Of a DNA stretch of 64,000 nucleotides, positions 55,870 to 64,000 are shown piece after piece. Source of the stretch: the human T2T-CHM13v2.0 reference genome, Homo sapiens; assembly GCF_009914755.1 (NCBI RefSeq), contig NC_060937.1; one strand, written 5' to 3'. Both the position numbers and the translations under genes were made by a program. The notes under the pieces were generated by a model, which was not told the origin of the DNA, did no database searches, and saw only the letters and a list, made by a program, of their open reading frames with translations. Each line of letters opens with the position of its first letter. Within the stretch, counting starts at the first letter, position 1.

Positions 55870-56600
55870 TGAGTGGCTCTAAGTGCTGCTTTTCTGGTGG
55901 GGATGCGCTTTTCTTTCTGCTTTTATTGCAGCCAGCTGAATAACAGACAGAGTAGGTGTTCGGCAAAGTTGATGAGATACAAGGTGGTGTCTTTAACTGT
56001 TGTCTGAAGCTGTCTTCAAGTGCATTTCCCCAGTTACCTAAGGAGAAAGGAGAGAGGAATGGAATAAGCAGGCTTTCACTAAAGGCTCAGATGGCTTTAG
56101 TAATTCAAGGAGGAAATCTTCCTTTCTTATAGAAGCAGCAGTGCCGCAGCAGCGTTGCGGGGCAACAGGACTCAGTGGCCTGCAACTCTTAAAGGCGGGG
56201 AGAGACCACACTAACCAGAGTGCTGGCAGCCACACAGCAGTGTCAAGGAAGGCGATGACAACCAACCATCGTATCAGGGATGAAACAGGGCCTGGAAGGC
56301 AGCTGCAACACCGAGTAGCGGATAGGAAGACTATAGATCATGCAGCATCTGCTTAGGAGTTTTCTGGTCACAAAAATGCGAAGAGGAAGAGGAATCAGCA
56401 TGTGGGAAGGAACAGAGATGGATTATACATTGGGGGAACCCAAGTCAATAAATAAATAAATAATATGTAAGTGAATGAATGCACAAATGCATAAATACAC
56501 ATTTTGCAGGAAGAGTTGGGGTGTGGGGGAAGGGTTGGATTGGAGGATAAGATTAGGCAAAAAACTAGCTGGACCATCGGTAGTGAAGGGCTCCTAACTT

Positions 56601-57218
<618 letters not shown>

Positions 57219-57439
57219 GTAGGTGAAGGGCTTTCAGAAGGAAAGTGGCATCCTGGGCTTGTCCTTTTGCACTGATTTCCCTGGTGCCTGCGGGGAGGAT
57301 GGATTGGAAGAGGTGACACCAGGCGCTGGATTTAAGTTAGAGGGTGATGAATGGCACTCACACCCAAGAGGGATGGTGAGAGCCTGAACTGAGGTAGCAG
57401 CAAGCAGAGATGGAGAGACAAGGAAGGACTCAGGGGCCA

Positions 57440-57625
57440 ACAGTAATAGCTAACCCTATCAAAGCACTGGGTAGGTAGCGGGCACAGTCTAAGTGCATCC
57501 TGTACTGTTATTATCACTCCCATTTTACAGATGAGGAAACCGAAACAGAGAGATTAAGTGACTGGTCGAATGTCAATCAGCGAGTCAGTGGTGGTGATGA
57601 AACTGAAGCCAGGTAGTTCTACCAG
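57440..57625 (-). mobile_element. MIR within an L2
   Basis: CCCATTTTACAGATGAGGAAACCGAAACAGAGAGATTAAGTGACT. Confidence 0.85.
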
Positions 57626-58109
57626 TAGGACTTCATGGTGAATTATTTGAGTGAAGCGGATGAGAACCACGTCAAGGAGGACTCTCAGGGTCATGTCCTG
57701 AGGGCCCTGGTTGTTGGTGCTGACAGGGGACAGACACGGAAGATGGAGGAAGAAGTGTAGCTTTGGTAAGAGACCCAAAAGGTGACGAGTTCATCCCTGA
57801 TACTTAATGTTTGTTGAGTAAAATTGCAGAAATGCAATGAACTGATTTTGATTATTAACAAGCCTTTTAAAAATGAAAAAAATATACAGAGACGAACTAT
57901 GATTTGATAGGCACTTTGTTACGTGCTTCAGTGTAATTCTTCAGATAACCCATTAGGTGGGCAGGTTGAATACAAATGGGCAAAGGAAAAGGAAAATGTG
58001 AAAATGGCCACAGTGTTTCCATCAGCCTGGATGAGTGAGAACATGTCAATAAAGAAATTCGAAAAGGGGAGTAGGTTTCTCTAGATAATGGGTGGAGAAT
58101 ACAAAAAAA

Positions 58110-58310
58110 ATTATTGATTGCCTACTGTGTGTTAAGGGTTGACAGTACACTATCTTGTTTAATCCCCATAATAACTATCAAATATTTATTATTATTTTTG
58201 TTGAAAATGGAAGCCATTCTCAGAGATTTAAGTAGCTTAAACCAAAATCTCACAATAAGTAGAATTCAAACCCAGAGCTGACTAGAAGCCTCGTTCTATT
58301 CATTATCCTG
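58110..58310 (-). mobile_element. MIR
   Basis: TTATTGATTGCCTACTGTGTG...TTTAATCCCCATAATAAC...ATTCAAACCCAG. Confidence 0.7.
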
Positions 58311-58437
58311 TGTTGGCTATAATATGATGAATTTTATACAAGTGAAATTTGAAATTCAGGGAGGACACCATGAAGAGATGTCTAGCAGGCAGTTTAAGTA
58401 GGATGAGAAAGCAGAGTTAGAAATGGAGATTTGGGAG

Positions 58438-58916
58438 TGTGCTGGCTAGATTGCTGTAATGACACCCAATATTGATGCAGTTTGATGGGGCCTTCCTACA
58501 TTGACCTTGGGCTTGTCTGTGTGGTTTGCTTTGCCAATGGGACAGCAGCACCTGTGAGGCGAGCGGAAAGTTGAAAATGTAGAAGATTGCGTGGGGTTTA
58601 CTATCTATGTGCTTTTAGAACCTTGAGCAGCCAGGAGAAAAAACTCAGCCTAGCTGGGTAGATGATAACAGATATATGGCCTAGTTTCCTTCGTGGTCTC
58701 AGCTGACAGCCAGGCAATCCCCAGAAGCAGGGGCTCCCAGTGGGACTGGCAACTCACTGCAAATGCATGAGTAAGCCCAGCCCAGCCTAGCAGAATTGCA
58801 TAGCTGATCCCATTCAATGTTTCTGCCCCATAGAATTCTGAGCTAAATAGATGGTTGTTATTTTAAGCCACCATGTTTTGGGGTGATTTGTCATGAAGCA
58901 GTAAGTCATTGATGCA
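58438..58916 (+). mobile_element. MLT1F/G-like solo LTR
   Basis: TTGCTTTGCCAATGGGACAGCAGCA...TTTTAAGCCACCATGTTTTGGGGTGATTTG; TG...CA ends. Confidence 0.85.
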
Positions 58917-59019
58917 GAAAGCCATTGCGTTAATGGAGTAGTTGCAGACTTTGCAGATTTGAGAGTGCATGAAATCACAAAGAAGAGAAGTATTGAGATT
59001 TGAATGATTTATTTTATTG

Positions 59020-59440
59020 AGTTTCTTTTATATAATTTTATTTATTTTTAAAACAATCCCCAGCTCAGCAAAGTTGTGAGGACAGTGCAAAGAACCTCTT
59101 CTCTTTCTTCTTCCTTTCCTCCTTTCCCTCCTCTTCCTCTTTCTTCTTTCTGTACCATTTAATGCCCATCATTTCCAAATGCAACCATTAAAGTCAAGAA
59201 ATTAACATTGATGCCTTACTAACATCTAATATTCAGGTCCCACTCCAGCTCTCCTGTTGGCTCAATAACACCTGCCAGAGAAAAAACAATCCAATTCCAA
59301 ATTATACCTTGCTTTCAGTTGTCTTATCTCTATGTTCTCCTTCATTCTGGGATCATTTTCCAGCGTTTTCTTTCCAGCGTTTATAACCTCGGAGAGACTT
59401 ACTAATCGGTAGCAGCATTTTGAATAGTAATATCCAAAAC
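59020..59440 (-). mobile_element. L1MC fragment
   Basis: CAACCATTAAAGTCAAGAAATTAACATTGATG...TTCAGTTGTCTTATCTCT. Confidence 0.6.
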
Positions 59441-60284
59441 AAATGCCAGTAATATTTCCTAGGCTCTAAAGAAGAGCTACACCACAGTCTAATTGTTATC
59501 AAAAGGAATTCAAATATTGCCCAGAGCCCAATTATAGGGAAAAATGATTTTAGGTTTATTTTCTCCATGCCACCCCTGTCTACTTTCCAACAGTCATACA
59601 ATTTAGTGAGAGGTCATCTTGCATTTCCCCAATGACCCCAGGGAGATCCCACCCTCGATCTGGGATCTTTCCCATTTCTCCACCCTCAGTACACCCAGAG
59701 GGAAAAGAACACTGGGGTGTCAGTGATGGGTGGAAAGCTAAGCTATTTTACCAGGTGGTTTTAGAAGACAAACAATATTCAGATTTCAGGAAATAGTGAA
59801 TATATTTTTTTTTTTGGTAAGTACTTCTTGAAGTAAATAGTTTTCAGAAAGGGAGGTGGGAGAATGGCATTGATCAGGGAAGTGTTTTTCCCTTTAAGTT
59901 TTGGGGGCAGTTATCACCTCTGGCTTTTGTGCCATGTCTTGCCTGAATGGCTGTTGTCTTATTGACTCTGCCGGTATAATCTATCTGTATTTTCAGGTAC
60001 TTCATTAAACATTTTTGGGCTGCTGACATCCCCTGTCAATATACAACACTTTTATTATTGAATATTTAGTAATGTTTTAGAGGATCAGATTAAGGATTGA
60101 AAATGGTCCCACTGTCTCCTTATCTGATCAAGGAACAAGTGCAAGGATAGCAAGAATGTGCTGGGAATAAGATGGTTTACATGAATCTTTGTGCTCCTTC
60201 AGAAATTATCAGCTGGTTTCAGCAGACACTATGGACCTTATCACCTGGAGGGAGCTCTGTGCACTAAAAAAGAAAGAGTAGACT

Positions 60285-60350
60285 GAGTGTGAGTGTGTGT
60301 GTGTGTGTGTGAGAGAGAGAGACAGAGAGAGAGAGACAGAGACAGAGAGA
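60285..60350. repeat. (GT)n(GA)n compound microsatellite
   Basis: Directly visible. Confidence 0.95.
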
Positions 60351-61287
60351 GGTTTATTTGTTGGTTTGTGTTTTCCCAATAGCATTTACTTGATGGCACT
60401 TTCCTGTACTCGTTATGTTCTTATGATCACTCCAAACTTCTTTCCATTTTCATTTTTTCTTCTCTCAGCTTAAATTAAGAAAAGTGAGAGAGTTTGAGAT
60501 AGTTAATTTACAGTTAATGTCTACATCTTGAAACATAGCCCACTCTTCTTTGTATATGTAACAGTTATGTTTCAGTAATTCCATTTAGGAATTTTTGAGG
60601 CAAAGGTAGAAATTTGCTGTGTGTTTAGTCACAAGATAAATACACAGTCTTCAGTCTTCTTCAATATCTTCTAACTGCGGTCACTTTCCTCTAATGGTAA
60701 CTCACAGAAAACCAATAACATCTCCAATAAAAGGGTTAATGATATCTGATTCTCCTCTGGGGCCCTTAGATTCTGCTGAGTCTCTTCTCAGATCTGGGGA
60801 AATATGATTAGCTGTGAAGTCAAGGCAGAGTATCCTGCCGCTGATGGACTCACTCTGTCTCTTCTCAGGGAGGATGGCCAGGGCTGTGGCTCCTTCCAGA
60901 ACCCATCTGAGAGTCAGTTTTAATCTATTCCTATCTATCAAACTAGGATGTGACCAAAGGCAGGACGTCCTGGTCAAGGAAGCCCAGTGAATAACACAAT
61001 CCAGCTTGCAATTGTTCAAGGATGCCAAACATTTTCAAGGCTGAGTTCACGGGGAGATTGCCCCCTTTTGTATTAAAATTGGATGTAGGGGTGGGTAAAT
61101 TAAAGTCAGCTTAAGAGATAGTGCAGAAACTCTTTACCAACTTTGCAGGTAAGATACCTCCCTCCACCCTCTAACACAAAAGGGCAATAACTGAACAAAA
61201 AAAGAGCTGTGTCTATCTAAAAGGTTTTTAGAATAAATAAAACATAAATTACTCCATTACTTTTCCCTGTTTTTAACTGTTGTAGAG

Positions 61288-61445
61288 CAATATTTCTCAG
61301 ACTTTAATGTGCACCAAGTTACCTGGGGATCTTGTTAAACTGCAGCTTCTTACCCCAGTAAGTCTGGGAGGAGGCCCAAGGTCCTGCATTTCTAACAAGC
61401 TCCTGGGTGAGGTTGATGCCATGAACCGCACTTGCAGTAGGAGCA
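61288..61445. mobile_element. MER5A
   Basis: TTACCTGGGGATCTTGTTAAACTGCAG...CTGCATTTCTAACAAGCTCCTGGGTGA. Confidence 0.85.
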
Positions 61446-62007
61446 GCTTCTGTAGGCATCCTCAAAGGATGGATCAGCAGCATCACATCAGCATCGTAGA
61501 TAAGTTTCTAACATAAAAATACTTGTCAGAAAGGCATATTTCTGGGTGGGTCCCAGCCCAGGATCACTGTAGCAGGTGGAATGGCCCCTCAAAGATGTCC
61601 ACCCCCGAATCCCTGGATTCTTCAACTATATTACATGCAACACGAACTTGGCAGAAAATTAAAGTTTCTAAACTTTTAAGATAGAAAGTTTATTCCTGAT
61701 TATTCAGTTGGCCCAATCTAATCACAGTAAGTCCTTAAAAGTGGAGAAGTTTCCCTGACTGGTGTCAGAGAGGTACAGCAGAGGTGTCAAGAAAATTCAA
61801 AGTGTGAGTGGAACCTTGCTTGCTGGATAGGCCACAGGGAGAGCATGAGAAGGAATGGAGACAGCCTCCAGCCTCCAGCCATTCACCAGCAGCCAGCAAG
61901 GAATGGGGACCTCAGTCCTATAACTGCAAGGAACTGAATTCAGGCAACAACCTGAATGACCTTGAAAGCAGGTTCCTCCTCACAGCCTTCAGAATGGAAC
62001 ACAGCCT

Positions 62008-62307
62008 GGCCAGATGTGGTGGCTCAAGCCTGTAATCCAAGCACTTTGTGAGGTCGAGTTGGGAGGATTGCTTGAAGCCAGGAGTTTGAGACCAGCCTGG
62101 GCACATGGCAAAACCCCATCTCTACAAAAAATACAAAAATTAGCCAGTCTTCATGGTGTGCACCTGTAGTCCTAGCTACTCAGGAGGCTGAAGTGGGAGG
62201 ATTGCTGGAGCCCAGGAGTTCAAGGTTAAGGTGAGCTATGATTGTGCTGCTGCACTCCAGCCTGGGCAACAGAGTGAGATCCTGTATCTATTAAAAAGTA
62301 ATAATAA
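62008..62307 (+). mobile_element. AluJ
   Basis: GGAGGATTGCTTGAAGCCAGGAG and GAGCTATGATTGTG. Confidence 0.95.
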
Positions 62308-62321
62308 AGAATGGAACACAA

Positions 62322-62659
<338 letters not shown>

Positions 62660-64000
62660 TTAATTTCTGCCTTGTGAGACTCCATGCAGAATTGTGCTGT
62701 ACCTGAACTTCTGGCCTACAGATCTGGGAGATAACAAATTTATGTGTTTTTAAGCCACTAACTTTGTGGTAATTATCTGCAGCAGCAATAGGAAGCTAAT
62801 ATTCTGCCTGATGAGAAACTTGGAGTGCAGGGCTCAGCAATCTGTTTTAACCAGCTCTGCAGGTCATTCCCATGCATTCTGTAGAAAGATCCTGCTTTGC
62901 AGTCCAACATCAATGAGGTGCCTCCGCTTAATAGCTGTTGTTTTTGTAGCACTGGCCAATCTTCCGAACATCCTTAATCTTGAGTTTTTTTTCATGTATA
63001 AAATGGGATTAATAAAACAAAGTGTTAGTAGCAAACCTTTGGTCAGAATCTCTGGTGGAATATTTAACAGTTCTTATTACTACAGCAGGCCCTCCAATGT
63101 TACCTTCCTTCTACAATTTACCTCCATGGACACACTAAATACTAACAGTATTGATGATTCTGATGTCAGTTTTCTGAGGATTAGGGCTTGAAACTTGACC
63201 TTAATGCTCATTGTGTAAATATGAGCTGGAAAGGAAAACAGGTCTAATTTATAAGTAATTGCCCTGCTCAGCTTAATTGCTACTCTTCAAAGAGGGAACA
63301 ATGAGTATGTGTCCTTTGCTTTTAGGAAAACATTCAACATTATTCAAATCTGGATACAGAACATTTGGTTCTAAATGTGACCTTTTAATCATAGCAAGAC
63401 TATAAGCTGGTTCTTCACATCCCACTATCTTTGCGGTGGGACCACAAAAGCTAAGATGTATTAATATTCTGCACATTCTTAGGAGTGCAATGTGCTAGTT
63501 CTAATTTGCTTGTTTACTGGAGTGCTCTAATAAACATTAATTTTTAAAATTTCAAGTGCATTTTTTTCACTTATGTCCATTTCTGAGGTAAAAATACTCA
63601 CTCATTCTCTCTTCTTTAACCACTCCGCAGGGTGCACTCCTTCCTCAGATGATTATGTATTCTTCTCCTCCATGATCTCTACAGCCTTTCCTTTCTGACC
63701 ATCAATCACTGTGGGATGAAGCTGGTTGATCAGGTTTATTTTGCAAATGATGCAGTTTGCAAAGTCCCAGGTTCATAGTCATTTTCCATTGCTGTCTAGC
63801 CCATACTAAGACTCTCAATCAATCAACACTTGCAGATTAATTTTTCCCTCTGTGAAATAAAAAAAATTAAGAGTTAAATTAGGCTTCCTGGCTTATGTAT
63901 TTATTAATCAATCAACCTTCCACATAATACTAAATTAATCTTTATGGTACAATATCTGCATACCGATTTCTGTGTCTGCCAGCTCTAAAATAGTGCGGTG

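Noticed and set aside
56141-56162. Small GC hairpin CCGCAGC-AGC-GTTGCGG
   Set aside because: A 7-bp stem is too short to support an ncRNA call

Overview
Primate (human-like) non-coding genomic DNA, intronic or intergenic. I recognise no intact protein-coding gene, RNA gene or CpG island. The ORF-track entries come from Alu, L1, LTR or simple-repeat sequence, or are random. The window is a dense mosaic of repeats: 15 Alu dimers plus one FAM, L1PA/L1M pieces, many L2 and MIR fragments, MaLR and ERVL solo LTRs, hAT MITEs and microsatellites, often nested and with readable target-site duplications (TSDs). Subfamily names come from recalled consensus sequences, not database searches, and repeat boundaries are approximate. 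The best leads are a very old L1/Tx1-clade ORF2 relic (~40.3-40.6 kb), a CR1 reverse-transcriptase relic (~31.0-31.2 kb), an orphan ~38-nt A-tailed insertion inside an L1 (~29.07 kb), a 41-bp micro-L1, three CTCF motifs (one leftward, two rightward), and several repeat-free motif clusters that look like developmental enhancers. I found no convincing evidence of a new biological system.
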